From the human T2T-CHM13v2.0 reference genome, Homo sapiens, in assembly GCF_009914755.1 (NCBI RefSeq), contig NC_060941.1: 64,000 nucleotides of DNA; one strand, written 5' to 3'. This document shows, piece by piece, positions 41,832 to 57,959 of the stretch (positions are counted from its first letter, which is position 1; each line of letters opens with the position of its first letter). The notes beneath the pieces are model-generated. The model had not been told where the DNA came from. It searched no databases and saw only the letters and a list, made by a program, of their open reading frames with translations. The position numbers were made by a program, and so were the translations under genes.

Positions 41832-44800
41832 TCAAAAAGCCAAATAGAATTAGCCAGGTAAAGAAGGAAAGGAAGTATATCCCAGACAGAGAAATGACAT
41901 GCTTAGACATTGAATCAGATAGTTTTAAGAAAGAAGAGAAACACAAAAGTAATAAGACACAAAATAATAATGGACTAAACAAAATAAGAATTCATTTATC
42001 TCTCATGTAAAAGAAGCCTGGATGTGGCTCCATAATACTCATGGTCTGGGTTTCTTCTCTACTCTCATTCTACTCTCTTCAGCATAAGACTCCACCTCAT
42101 AGTCTAAGAAGGCTGCTCAAACTCCAGCCATCACATGTTCATCCCAGAAGACTACATCTCTTCCCTTTAGTAATGCTTCCTATAAGTCATGCAGGACATT
42201 TTGCTTAGATCCCATTGGTCAGAACTTGGTCACATGACCAGTTTCAGCTGCCTGGAAACCTCAGAGGTGTCTTTTTTCCAGGTAGCCATGTGCTCAGATA
42301 AAAATAAAGGATTTTGGTACTAAAAAAGCAGAGTGGAACGGCTACTAGTAGACACTTAGCAATTTCTGCTACATACCTGAGAGAGGAAACATTGCAGGTC
42401 CCAGGGACTGTGAGTAGTTCAGTGCACAGGGAGCTTGCAGAAGCATCTTGGGTGGGAGGAGATCTACAAGGCTGGAGCCATGGTGGCCTCCTGAGTCAAG
42501 TTTAGGAAGTTAAATTTGATCCCCAAAGCACGTGAAGTACTTGGAGATGATTTCACATACAGAAGTGATGTGGTCGAACTTCCATAGTGAGTCAGAGGGG
42601 TTTGGAGAAGTGGGAGGCCATGAGGGTGAGTCTGGAGGATTGTCCCTTCTCTCTGCACCCCATCTCCTCTCCACCTCATCCTCTCTTGGCTCCATCCCTC
42701 TCTCCCTGCGTGGGGCTGGCTGGTGGTTCTTTGAGCCCTGCAGTTCTATGCAGTTCTATGGCCCTAACCGCCAAAAGGCCTCTGGGCCAATATTTTGGCA
42801 ACCAACAGTAGCCTCAGCCACAGAGCACTCGGGGTGGCCAGGAGGCCAAGCTAACGTGTCATGGCTTGGTGCCCAAACCTCCCTCCCAGGATACTGTGTG
42901 CAAACGGCAGGGGCAGCACAGCTCCCCAGGCAGGGAGACCCTTCCCCAGCCTGCTGAGCTTGAACTCTGGTTATAAAAGTGCCAGTTTGTGCTCCTACCT
43001 CTTCAGCAACGGAAAACAGGTTTGCTCTCGGGTCCTGATGCTGACTGATGAGCACTGGATTCCTGGAGCACTGGCTTCAGAATGATGTTGAGGCCAAGTC
43101 CTAGCTCAGCAGAAAGGACGGCTGTGATTAGCGATGTGGCCGATTGCTGTACCAGGAAGGACTCACGGCCTGTCTGCCATGTAGCTTGCCTTCTATATTC
43201 CTGTCCAATGATGGTTCTTCGGCGCCAGGTGATTTTCCATCACTCTAAAAGATACGTGGGGGAGTGGGGAGGGTTGGTGTCTGAGGAGAGGGATCTGCTA
43301 GCTCAGGGATATCCTGTTCCTCTGGAGGGAAGCCGCTGTAGTCCATTGTCTGTAGGGCTGCTTGCAAGGTAAGCTTCAGTCAAGTCATCAGGTCTTTGAG
43401 CAAAGGCAGAGGCTTGTGGTCCGTCTTAGCCTGAGGGGTAGGGCTTGGATGTGGAAATCAGAGTGAAGGGGTCCAAGTTCTCAGGAGGTGGAGGAGCTGG
43501 CGTTAGCAAGGTGACCGAGAGAGAAGCCTTGGCCATAGGCAAGGGGCTGCATCCTGAACCTGCTGTCACTCACCTGCCAGATCTGTCTGGTCATTGACAT
43601 TTTGCAAAACATTCAAAAATGCTGCAGCTGCCATGCTCAAGGCCTAGGACCCTGGCTGGGAGTGGTAACCTGGGCCACCGGGGGGAGCAACTTCAGAGCC
43701 CTTCCATCCACCCCCTCCTCTAGCCCACCCAAGTGGCAGAGACCTCTGCGGTCAGTCCCCACTCAGGAGAGGCGAGACCCCGGGGTGCGCTCAGGGAGCT
43801 GCTTCCTGCCTTGGCGTCTCCTGTGTCCTGCTCTTTCTGGCCTAGTTCAGTGAGAGCACAGAGTTCCCCTCCCCAGGCTCTGTAATCTTGTCTGCGGAGG
43901 CGATTCCAGGCTTGCCTGGACGGCCCCTCATTTTCCTGTAAGTTGAAACTCCCTCTTTCCTCCTGCTTCAGTTTTTAAGGGACTGTTTCCTCATCTCCTG
44001 CCCCAGAAATGCCCTCACTAGGACCCCTGACAGACCCTCAGGCTCTGCCTGGTGCAGTGCTTCTGGTTGGCTTCCAGAATGGAGCCCAACCAGCGAGCAA
44101 TGGCTGGTTTCTTGCTAGTAGGGACACAGATCTTGAAATATCAAGACAGGCTAGTCAGTTTCCCAGGTAGGCTGCCATAAGCATGGACTCGTGCGTCCAG
44201 GGACCCCAGCTAGATGCTGCAGCACTGTAAACAGAAATGCTCCCTGTCAAGAAAAGCCCTCCTGACACAGCAGCCCCCACACATCTGTCTCATCACCAGC
44301 CCTCTAATCTGAACATCCCTTCAGCCCTTGAGCCTCGTCTCTGGGGATTACCCCTTCCCAGATTAGATCCACAGCCAGATTTCAAATCACAAGCGAGCTC
44401 CCTCATGGCCAGCCCACTCCTGCGCCACCTGGCCCTGTGTATACTTGGGGCCTATCCTCTCATTTGAATATTAAAGGCAAGCTTAGACAGGAAAGCATGT
44501 CTGCTGCTTTAAAAGAAGACAGAGAAGTAAAATTCAGTGGCACACCCCAAACCCAGACCGACCGCGGCACGAGGCTCGTCGGGGCTGTGGATATGTTGCC
44601 ACGTTCCTCCCTCGGCGTGGAAAATCAGGAGTTGACTCTATTCCCAGATGAAAGCAGAGCACGGTGCCTAATAGGCACTTAATAAACGTTTGCAGAAATG
44701 AATTGGAGCAATCTGAATTGACGAGAATTGTGGGTTTCACTTCCGATCAGCTTTCTGTGCCTCTTGAAGCTCCTCTGCATAAATAAACGGAAATGTGACT

Positions 44801-45804
44801 AAGTGAGCGCTCAGCTCCCCATGGCAAAGCCCAGAGCCCCGTGTCCTCAGGCAGGAAGCCAGGATACTGAGTTCTTGCCCTTAGCTTGCCAGGAAAATAA
44901 GGCCATCTCTAGGCCTCGGTTTCCCCATCTGTCAAATCAGGCTATTGATCCTTCCTCACAGGTTGTTGAGAGGGTTAGTCGGACCGGGAATGATCTAGTG
45001 CTTTAGAAAAGGTTAGTGTCATGACCAAGGAAGGCAACCCGGCCCAAGGAGCAGAGGGCCCCGCCAGCTATGGCAGGATGGCAGCAGCTACAGTGAGGGA
45101 GGCTGCAGGTGACCCCACACCTCGTCCTCTGTGGACTGAGGCCCCGTGCCCACCAGATCTCATTTTCCTCCACTCCCCACCTGCTTAGGTCCCTGTACCA
45201 CCAGCCTTGCAAAGTCCCCATTAAGTCTGCTAGCAGGAACTTAATCACCTTTCTTCAAGCCCTTCAGTTTTCATTTCCATCAGCAAAAACACGTGAAAGG
45301 CTGCAACTTAAAAAACAAAGCAACAACGAAAAACAGAAAATTACTCAGCATGTGAAATTCTAGGCAAAGAGCAGTGCCAGGCCTGAGGTTCGGGTAGCTG
45401 GTGCCTTCTGGCAGCCAAGGACAAAGCAGAAGGCAAAGATGTGTCCCCCCACCCTCTCCTCTCCAGGCTGAAAGGAATCCTGCACAGAGACTTTTTTGCA
45501 GAGCCCAGGTCAGCTTGAATCCCCTGCCCCTGAGAGACCCCACCCAGCTGGGTCACTGCCTCTGCTCTCTGTCACTTCAGTTGGGGCAAAGGCACATTCT
45601 CTGCAGAGAGCTGGAAATGGTCATCAGCACCCGACCCGAGACAGGGCCTCCTGGGGCACAAGTTGCTGAGCAAGGGTGCAAGGAATTCAGAGCCTGAAGG
45701 AGCATCCCACGTGCGGCCAGATGTGTTCCTGAGTGATTGGAGCAGCTGCACAGGGTACAGAGGGAGCCGTTGACTCTGCTGGACAGCCTTCAGGAAGGGG
45801 TGAA

Positions 45805-46484
<680 letters not shown>

Positions 46485-49400
46485 GGGCAACATCCGAGCC
46501 GAGTTTTGGAGCACGCACAGAAGTTCGCCAGGCAGATGATGAGGGAGGGTATTCCACCTAGAGGGCCAGCAGGAGGCCCAAACACATGATGTGTCTTCCC
46601 TCCCTCGCATTCCTACCTCCATGGATTCCCCATCTGGGCAGAGACTGTCCTAGTACTTGGGCTGAGACAGCTGGACAATAGGTTTTGGCATTGGGAAGCC
46701 AGTGCCACTCTTCTCAAACCCAGGGAATCCCGGACACATGCTTTGTGAGCCGGGGATGCTGACCCCACCTGTGCCATAGGAGGCTGTTCCCCGACTGGGG
46801 CCTTTATGCATACGGCTGTGCAGCCCCAGTGGGCTCTGGATGCCAGCTGGCCAGGGCTGGCTGCCTTTGAGGTGGGAAAGGGAGAGGCAAGTGTAGCCTC
46901 CTGTTCCTTCCACTGAGGTCCTGCTGCCCCACCCTGAGTCTGAGCAGATGCTTGGCTGCCCCCAGGGCACGCCTGGTTTTGCAGGGAAAGGTGTGAGGCC
47001 AGCCCCACAGTTCCCTTAGTGGGGAACCTGCTTAGGGATTCTACAGTCTTTCTCCTGAAACCCAGGACCAGCTTTGAAGGTGCTGGGATTCAGGTAAGGC
47101 CAGGAGCACCTCTCCCCATCCCCCTGTGTCTATCCTGCCTCCTCCACCCATCCATCTCTCCATCCTTCCTTTAGGTGTTTAGCGTATAGTCACCAAGCAC
47201 TATGTCACAGGCCCTGCCCTAGATGCGGGGGACACAGTGGTGAATGAGAGGTGGGCCCCTGCCTGCTTGTTGGGAACAGAGCAGCAAACAGGATTCCACT
47301 CTGGTGGAAGGACCCAGGAAGGCTCCTCTGGTCCAGCCCCTCCTAGAGGAGGTGGGGGGAGCTGGGCAAGACCCTGTTTCAAGGGCAGCACATCAGGGCA
47401 GGAGGGCACTGGGAACCATCAGTCCAGCTGACCAGCACAAGCACTGGGGCTCCAGGCTCCGCATTCATGCCTGTGGTGACCACCTCACAGGGCGATGGCC
47501 ACCCCAGCTGCTTCTCCCTGGCCCTCCGCAAGCCCTTGCCTCCTGCTGTCAGATTAACCCGCCAGAGTTAAGCTCGCACTTCAGATAAGACATACCCCAT
47601 CACTCACAAGCGAATTATCAATGTTATCTATTAAAGCCCTTTGGATGTGAAATGCCATGTAAATTAATAGGATTTTAGAATAGGAAGGCACCAAAGGGAT
47701 TTCTCAGCTCCGCTACAGTTATTACCTTGGGCAATAATAATAAAAATAGAAATAAATGTTATTATTCCACTTACCAAGCAACAGATAACCGTGCTGAGCG
47801 CCCAACGCCATCATCTCACTGAATCACTGATCTTCACTGCAGCCCTAGGAGGAGGTGTCATTAACTGGGTTTTACAGAGGAGGAAAAGGAGGCAGAGAGG
47901 GAAGTTAAGTAACTTGTCTTGGGTCCGACAACTAGTTAAGTGTGGGAGATGGGATTTTAACCACCGTTGTGTACTATTTTCTTTAACCTCTCTGGACCTA
48001 GAATTCTTCATCTATTAAATGGGAATAGTAATGTCTTTCTTGTGGTGTTATAGCAAGGACTCACTGAGATGATGCAGGGACGCTCTGTGGCCATGAAAAG
48101 TGCTCAGATGGTGGCTGCTGTTGTGTTATCATTAGTGTAATGACTATTTTCTCATCATCAAAACCAAGCTCTTCCATTTTACAGGTGAGGAAAGTAAGGA
48201 ATAGAGAAGGCCGTCCTCCCATCCACCTTTTCAACAAGGGCTAGAGTGTAGTGGTATAAACTACTGGCTTGACATTTTTAGGTATTTCTATACTAGCTGG
48301 TAAATGGCTGCTGCCCTGAGCCAAAGTTCCTCCCCACCATGCTGGGCTCTCCCCTGAGACTCCCTGACTGCTCCACAGTCTAGCAGTAAAAGGGTTGGTG
48401 GTGTCTGCCCTTCAACATCTGAAACAACGTCACTCAGGAGACAGAAGTGGTGGAGCATCTAGGGGAGGGAACTTAAGATCACAGATGTTCATCTAATCAC
48501 TGAGCTAGTGATGGGGCCAAAGTAGGAAACCTGGAGTTTTTCAGCAAAAAAAGTCGGAGCGCTCAAGACTTGAGCGTTTGCTGTCCTGGTTGGCAGAGGT
48601 GAGGGCCACTGGACTGGGGTCTAGGATCCTGCTGTGGCGGATTCATTGAAAAAGCCCACGTGACATGAAGCTGGGGAGAAAGCAGGCATGGAGAAGGAAC
48701 CCAGAGAGAGTGTAAGATTTCAGGGGCTCAGCAAGAGACCCTGTTGGAAGGAAGCAAAACTGTGACTCTTCTGGCAGTTGGGTGTCTGAAGTTTTGGGTA
48801 CAGGGAGAAGTGTAAAAAGCATCGGAACAGGGAACTCTGGAAGGATCAATGGTCAGAACATTCGTAGTTTGTCCTGACACTCATTGGTGGTAGATGAGAG
48901 AGTGGCTCAAAATCAGAAATTGCCATTGTTATGAGAAGTTAGGGAAGAGGAGGGTGTGATTGGAAAGAAAAACTGTCAAGATAGTTTGTTGATGCCTCTT
49001 TTGAAGCTAGAATCCCTTCACTTTGAAGGTCTCAGTCTGGGTCTCAGAAAGATAGGCAGATAGATGTTTGTTCTGTGGGGAAGTGGGTGTCCCTGGCCTA
49101 TTGAGGAGCCACAGGCTGCTGGCACAGGGTAGCAAGGGCTGGCTTCAGAATAAACTCCATGTGGACATTCTCTCCCTTGAAGTCCTGCTGGCCAGAGAGT
49201 GACGCTGAACCAAGTGTCCTTGTAGGGCTGGGGGCCAGCGTCGGAGCCCTTGTAATGTGTCAGCCATTCTTGATGCTAGTTGTCTGGCCAGCACTGCAGC
49301 AAAATGCACATCATCCCCAAGGCCCTGGATGGTCAGGCCAATGATGCCTGAGGCTGGAACTCTCCAGGGCCTCTGAAGTCAGGGATCTGTCCCCTGCCTC

Positions 49401-52400
49401 CACCTCAATGGGTAGTAACTAGAAAGAATTACTTGTGTCTTGGTCATGTGTCCAGGGCCCAGCTCAGTAGTTTTTTTTAACTGAATTGAATCAAAGTGGT
49501 GAGACCTTTTGGGGGTAGGTCAAGATCATAGCTATGGCAATACCTCCATTTTCTTTCTCTCTTGCCACTTGATCTTGGAGAAAAGGATTCATTGGAATGG
49601 CCACTCCTGCACTCCCATCTCTGAGGACTGAGTCTTCTGAGTGCTCTCTCTATCTTCAAGTGGCATTTGGTGTAGCCACGCCCAGGTCCTTGAGCTCAGC
49701 TAGAAGACCCTAGAGCAGACACAGCCAATGCCTGGTTCCAACCTAGAGGGGTCCAAAGCACAGGTCCCCCACCTTCTTCCTGGAAGAGTGAGCCACGGCC
49801 TCCTTTAGCCCAGGCCCAGCTTACCATTAGCCAGTTGTCTCTCCTTGGGCAGTTGATCTGTGTGCAGCCTGTCCTGGGACCCCAGTCCCATAAATAGAGC
49901 CCCTTTGCTGTCCACAGCTAGCAACTCTAAGCTCCATGAGGGCAGAGACTGTATGTTGTTCACTGCTATGATTCCAGTGCTTAGAACCGAGCTTGGCCTG
50001 TAGCAAGCACTCAGTATTTACTGGGAGGGCACAGGGCTGAGAATGGGTCTTGAGTTATCAGTTCTGCTGCAGCTCACTGCGGAAGTTCTGGGTGACTGCA
50101 TGCAGGTACTGAATGCTAGGCCCCAGCCCTCTTTGGGGAGGGATTTAGTGATTCAGCGGTAGAATGGGCCCAGGGAGAAGGCTACTGGGCCAAAGTCCCC
50201 AAATAGAGCTTTCTGCTTCCTGCCCCCTGAGAGAGTCGCAGGACACAAACTACCTACTGCAGTGTTCTGAGCTCCAGCTGCAAGTTGGAATTCCCAGGAG
50301 AGCTTTGGCAGTTTCTGTTGCCCTGGTTGCACCTCAGACAGATTATATCAGAATCTCAGGAGGTAGGGCCCAGGTTGTATTTTTCAAGCTCCACAGGGGA
50401 TTTCTGGCTGCAGCCCAGGTTGAAAAGGTACCCTACTGGAAGAGGGGAGGCAGGAGGAATTTCCGTGGAATTCAGCTGTGGGCCTGGAGCACCCCCTACG
50501 AGTGGGATGAAAATGCCCCCTCTCAGAGAGACTGGAGGAAGGCGTGAGCTCTCCCTCCGCAGCCCAAGACACCACGTTCTGTTGTGGAGACAGGTTGAGG
50601 TTGAGACCAAAGCCTATTCTCAAGCCGCAGAATCTGTTTGCCAAAAACAAGATCCAGTGTTGCGAAGGGCCCCGCTGTGGGCAGGCAGGGAGAGGTCTCT
50701 CCCTACTCCTGGTCCTCTGCTGGGTCAGTGGGGTGGGACAGGTGCTCCGCTGTGTTTCCTGAGTGCTTCCCAGTTGCAGGGAACCTGCGGACAGACACAC
50801 ACCTTCCGCTCCTGGCTGGGCCCCCTGGTTCCGCACTTGCCTCTTCTGAGGATTTCTCTGTTGCTTCCCAGGGGTGCTGCCTAACTTCTATTTTATGCTT
50901 CCACAAAGCCATTCATCCAGTCAGAGGTGTCCTGACAGAAACACTTTCTGAAACCTCAACAAAGGTTTGACATTGCGATGCACCTTCCTTTCAGTCCTAT
51001 CAGTCTGAAGAGTTACATACATATCTTTTTTAAAATTAAGCTAAACAGCAGTTGTATTAAAAATTATCTGGGGCACTTTTGTGCCATCCCTGTGTTTTAG
51101 GAACTAACACCCTTAGGGCTCTTGACTGCAGGACCTCTCTCCTTTAGGCAACAGGACCAACCTGAGCCACCAACCTCTCACCCTTCCCAGCAGGCAGGCC
51201 TGGCCTTCACATTTGGCCCCTCTCCGGAGGGACAGATGACAGGTTCCACGTGCCTGTCATTTTCCCAGCTGCAGCTGAGGGCGAGACATTGCCCCCCCAG
51301 GCCATACACTCACTCCCCAGCACCCCCTTCCCCAACCAGCAGCCGCAACCTTCTCTGTCTGGGGGTCCCCATGGGAGTGATGTGTTGGTACCCTTGGGAA
51401 TGTCAGGCTTTCTCCCAAAAAATATGTGTTTAAAACAGATTCCTATTTTAAATGCCAAGGACGCCAGGGTAAGTTGTTTTTTTTTTTTTTTTTTTCAAAT
51501 GGAAATACATCTTCCTTCAAATCAAAATGTGACAGTCTGATCATGTAAGTGTGTCCCTTTGGTTATCAATTGTTCCTCCTCTTTGCACCCCCTGTTCTGA
51601 TGTGAGTCCCTTGGTCCTCCCACTCCAAACATGTGCCATCCACCTTTTTTCCACTCTCTCCCCTTTGCAGCCTCCAGCCACTGTCTTTCTCTGCACAGAA
51701 GTCAGGGCTGTGGATTTCCTTGAAAAGAACCAGCCCTGTCGCATCAGGCTGGTCTGCCCGGGAGGTGGGAGCATCCTGGGCCAGCCAGGATGACAGATGG
51801 CGGTGTTTCCAAACTCTCGTAGGACATGTTTCCTACATTCTGGGTGACAGTTTCTTCTTTTGCTTGCTTATTTTTTAGTGTTTGGATTCGGTGAAGCAAC
51901 ATTGGGTTTAGCCAAGAATGTTTGAACCATCTATAGAAATTGCTGCTGGGGAGATGCAAGCATGCTGGGGAAGGGGGTGGAGAGTGCTTTAAGTAAGCAC
52001 AACATAGGAAAAATTGTTTCATAATGGACCATTCGGGGCCGGTGATGCATATTACAAAAGAGTCTTTTATAAAGATTCCCCTTAATCACACCTATTCAAG
52101 CCAGAAGGAGCCTCAGAATTCTCTCATCTCCTCCTTTGAGAGAGGCACAGAGGGGCCACTGACTCATCCAAGGTCACCAAAATAAGTAGCAACTGGGCCA
52201 GAACCATACCCCAGGCAGTCCACTCCCAGACCAGTGTCTTCTCAGACCAAGAAGGGGAGAGGAGGCAAAGAAAAGGGTTCATGACGTAATACTCCCCAGC
52301 CCATGGGACAGAGGGCAATACCCTTTCAGTGGTAACTAAAAACAAAGACCCCAAAGCTTCCTCTAAATCAAGGGTTCTCTGCCTACACTGTGCATCAGAA

Positions 52401-52680
52401 TCATCCGGAAGGCCTTTAAAAGACACAGAGACCCGGCTCCCACCCGATTCTGTGGGCAGGGTTGGGGCCAGGGTTAAAGCTCCTCCAGGCTGGACTGAGA
52501 CCACTGCACCAAGTGGAGACATCGCATTGGCTCTCACAGGGGACAGGCCACAAGAGTTAGCCCCCTGTATTCTCAGGAGCCCCTTTGCTTCTGCAAAGTG
52601 GAGGGGCTGGCAGACTGAAGATGTGTGCCATAAATTTACTTTTTACAACCTTGGGCTGTACACTGGGGTCATCTGGGAAG

Positions 52681-52989
52681 TTTTTTTGTTTTTTGTTTTT
52701 TGGTTTTTTTTTTTTGAGACAGAATCTGGCTCTGTCACCCAGGCTGGAGTCCAGTGGCGCAATGTTGGCTCACTGCAACCTCCGCCTCCTGGGTTCAAGT
52801 GATAGTCATGCCTCAGTCTCCTGAGCAGCTGGGATTAAAGGTGCCCACCACCACGCCTGGCTAGCTTTTTTTTTTTTATTTTTAGTAGAGACAGGGTTTC
52901 ACCAGGTTGGCCAGGCTGGTCTTGAACTCCTGACCTCAGGTAGTCCTCCCGCCTCAGTCTCCCAAAGGCATGAGACACCACACCTGGCC
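52681..52989 (-). mobile_element. Alu, antisense, within a MER5-like fragment
   Basis: T-tail, Alu body with a small deletion near its 5' end, TSD CTGGGAAG. Confidence 0.88.
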
Positions 52990-54329
52990 CTGGGAAGCTT
53001 TTAAAGGTCCCAGTGCCGAGGCTGCTCTGCAGACCAAGTAATCAGAATCGCAGGGGTGGGACCCAAAAATCAGCATTTGTTAAAGCTTTCCAGGTGGGTC
53101 CAGTGAGCAACCAGGGTTGAGAATCAGCACCCATACAGAGCAGGGCACTCCCATTTGCCATAGCTGTGTCCCATCTGCTGGATGAATCATGCCCCTGGAC
53201 CCCTCCAGGGACGTTGAATGTGCCCCCACTGGGGTGGAGGATCGTGGGACTAGGGAGGCTACTTCTTGTAGGCAGTGCTGCCTTTCAGCTGCAGTTTACC
53301 CAGAGCAGTGACTCCCAGCCCATACCCTCATCCACTGCATCAGAGCATCCTGACCATCATCAACTGATGCTCATTGACAGTCTTCTGTGGGGAAGACTCT
53401 GGGCTAGGTCCTAAGTGGGACATGTGACTGAGTCCCTGCCCTAGAAGAGTTTGTCACCCAGCAAGAGAAATAAGATATGCACACAAAAATAACTGTGCTT
53501 AGGTAAGGAAGAAGCTGGTAAGTGCCAGAGAAGCAATAAAAAGTAAGTGTGGTATCATATCATCCTCAAATTCCCCAAAACCCAAAAGCACCATTGACTT
53601 CTAATTTGCACTAGATCATCACAACTCCAAAAAGTCCAGCAAAGTGTCTCATCCACTGTCAGCAGGTTGGTGACATCTTTCACTTAGATGAGTCACTAAC
53701 CCCAGAGCTGTGTTAGCACCAACCTCAGAGGACTTGGGTTTATCATCCTCCTCCCCGCAGACAAGCTCAAGCAAGGTCTGAGATGAAGGGACGTTAGAGG
53801 TCATCTTGCCCAACCTCCTTGCAACAGAGAAAAGTTACACAGGGCCCGAAGAAGTGAAGTGTCGTGTCCAATTGCACAGCAAAGCAGGGACAGCCAGGGC
53901 TGAAGGCTGGGCTTTGAGGCCAAGGGGGTGATTCTTCTGTTATCCCACTCGAAGGGCAGAGGAACTCCATTCTAGCAAGAATGGGTCTTCGAGTCTGACG
54001 CCCATTAAACAAGATGGTTCCCACAAGCCGTGGCCCCTGTTCATGCCTGGAATTCCACCATTAGTGCTTCTTTCTTTTTTAGCCAGACATCCTCGTTTTG
54101 AATATAAGATTCCCAAACAGAGGAGCATAACACATTCCTAGTACCTAAGTTCCAGGTGGTCAACCTATAGCTCTCAGGCCCTCTGAGATTTGATCAGCAA
54201 AATGATTTTCTCTTTTCTGCTGGATTTACTAACATATGATAGGTATTAAGCCACTAGGGTCATGCCTGACCCCTTGGCCCACTTGTCATTGTTAGAGCTA
54301 AACAGAATGTGTATTCTAATTTTGAGCTA

Positions 54330-55561
<1,232 letters not shown>

Positions 55562-56382
55562 TAGCTCTCACTAATTAAGCTAACTCACTGCCAGGCATTC
55601 ATCTAAGCACTTTGCATATATTAATCCTGCACTAAAATGGTCATCTCCTTTACAGTTGGGGACATCAAGGCAAAGAGAGCATAAGCACCTTGCCCAAAGT
55701 CACACAGCTAGTAAGCGGCTGAGCCAGGCATCGAACCCAGACAGGCTCCAGGTCTGCGTGCTCTGCTGTTTGCTGTGCTGCCCTGCCTCAGGAGGAGGAG
55801 TCTGGTGGCCCCTTCACACATTGGCCAGGGAAGCTATGTTGAGGAGGGACCCCCCCACCACATTTCCAGCAGTGGAGGGGTGATCATTTCCCACTCTGGG
55901 CAGTGGGGTGCTGGGCATCTGTGGGCACCCATGGACCAAGGAGCTCTGCCGCAGCTTTGCTTGGCCCGAGGCCCTATGAAGAAGCCTTGAGCCCTGCCAG
56001 ACCACCTGCCTGGTTCCCTGCAGTCTTCCCCCAAGCACTCTCTGCTAAGGCAGTCCCCTCCTTGATAACCCAGCCCCTGCTTTCCCAAGGAAGTAGCCTG
56101 CCCCAGATGACCCCGGCCTCCTCAGGGCCTGGGGGAAAATGCTGAAGACAGTGCCACGAGGCCACTCTGCCAGGCGTCTCTCCCCTGCATTTCCCAGCCC
56201 TCCCAGGTCCAGCCCCAGAGAGTTGTTTCCACCAGGGGCCTCCTGGTCCTCAGGCCCCTCCTGTGTCCTGTGAAGGGCCTGTCCTGGAGACAGCCTGTGC
56301 CCTCCGTCACCACAGCCTTAGGCTCAGGCCACCAGGATGTTTCTTTGGCCTCTGGCAGCCCCAGCTGGGGTGCCCCTAGTCC

Positions 56383-56848
56383 ACCCAACACATGCACAAC
56401 ACACATGTACTCAACACACACATCTACATATACCCAACACATGTACACAATACGTACACTCAATATACAACACACACACCCAATACATACATACACTCAA
56501 CACACACATCCACATACACCCAACACAGGTACACAATACGTACACTCAACAAACACAACACACACAACACATACATACACTCAACACACATCCACATACG
56601 CCCAACACATATACACAACACATAACACACATGTACTCAACACACACATCCATACACCCAACACATGTACACAACACATTCAATACACACACACACACAT
56701 CCAATACATACACTCAACACACACATCCACATACACCCAACACACATACACCCAACAAACACACATTACACACATACACCTGACACACATACACTTAACA
56801 CATACCCAACACACATACACTTAACACATACACACCCAACACACACAC
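56383..56848. repeat. CA-rich low-complexity / degenerate minisatellite
   Basis: About 465 nt almost devoid of G, with recurring units such as CATCCACATACACCCAACAC and TACACAATACGTACACTCAA. Confidence 0.9.
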
Positions 56849-57907
56849 CCCTTGTATCTGTGCTTGCCCATCTCCCGCAAGCCCAGCCACCAAGAAGAGG
56901 CCTGGCCCTGGGAACTCAGTATCAGGGGCCTGTCTGCCAGGTCATATGGAAAATGTATTTGGCGGGTGAGGGGTGACTGGTGAGGCTGGATGGCCTAATG
57001 GAACAGGAGGGGGATGGCGAGGAGCAGCAGAAGGGGGCCAGGAGGACGGCTGTGCAGGATGCTGGTGCAAGCTCCATCCCTTCCCTACCAGGAGGCTCCC
57101 AAGGGGCTAGGCCAGGTTTTGGCAAGGCCCTGGTGTTTCAGATGTAGGGCACAGAGGCAGTGGGGTGGCGACTATGGAGCTGCTGCCCGTGCTGTGTGAG
57201 GGACAGATTGGGCAGCCCTGCTCCTTCAGCCCCTCTTCTCACACCCTCCCTCTCCAGGGTGGAGATGAAATTCCAGCCCTCAGCAGTGTCTGATGCTCCA
57301 CCTCCAGCAGGAGCCTTTATTTGAGATTAAGGATAATGGATTTCCTTTCTTGGATAAGTTTTTTTTTTCTTCCTCTTTCAGACTTTTTGTCCAAAATGCA
57401 CTCAATTCCAGAAAATGGACCTTTTCTTAACAAGTCTTTATTGACTACACTCCCCTCCCCCACTTCGTTCCTCTTTCCCCCTCCCCCAAGTCTTTCCGTG
57501 CTTCCAAGGAAACCCGCTGTTTTCAGCGCATGGTAAGGAGTGCAAAGGAATGACTCACCTGCACCCTCTCCCTCCAGCATCCCCTGGGCCTTGCTCTTAA
57601 CAGCAGCAGAAGCCTGGGTGTCCTGGGGGTTGGGACAGAGAGAAATAACTTGACTTCTTCCTTGTGTTTCTTCAGCAATTTCTGCCAAGACCCTCATCTT
57701 CAGAAATCTAGATGCTGCCTGGAAGAAATGGGGAGAGGACTTGGTTGGGGGTCCCTCCCTTGGTCTCCCTCTCGGTTCATTGCTGCCTTCTGGGGAAGGG
57801 AGGGCCTCCAGTCACCATGCATGGTCTCCATGGGAGCTTGGAGACCTGCAGCCAGGGACAACCATACATTTATTTCACCTGGATCTTTCTTTTTCCCCCT
57901 TCAACAG

Positions 57908-57931
57908 CCCTATTACCATATTTAAATGCAA
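57908..57931 (+). CDS. MSI2: Candidate 24-nt in-frame MSI2 microexon: QFP-ALLPYLNAS-FPAAAY
   Basis: About 50-nt AG-free zone with TCTTTCTTTTTCCCCCTTCAACAG acceptor, donor CAA|GTATGT, phase 1-1, no stop, followed by 11 UAG motifs. Confidence 0.72.
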
Positions 57932-57959
57932 GTATGTCTCTTTTCATTGACATTTTAAG

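Noticed and set aside
56270-56976. His/Thr-rich ORFs in several frames
   Set aside because: Artefact of the CA-rich tract, which lacks stop codons.
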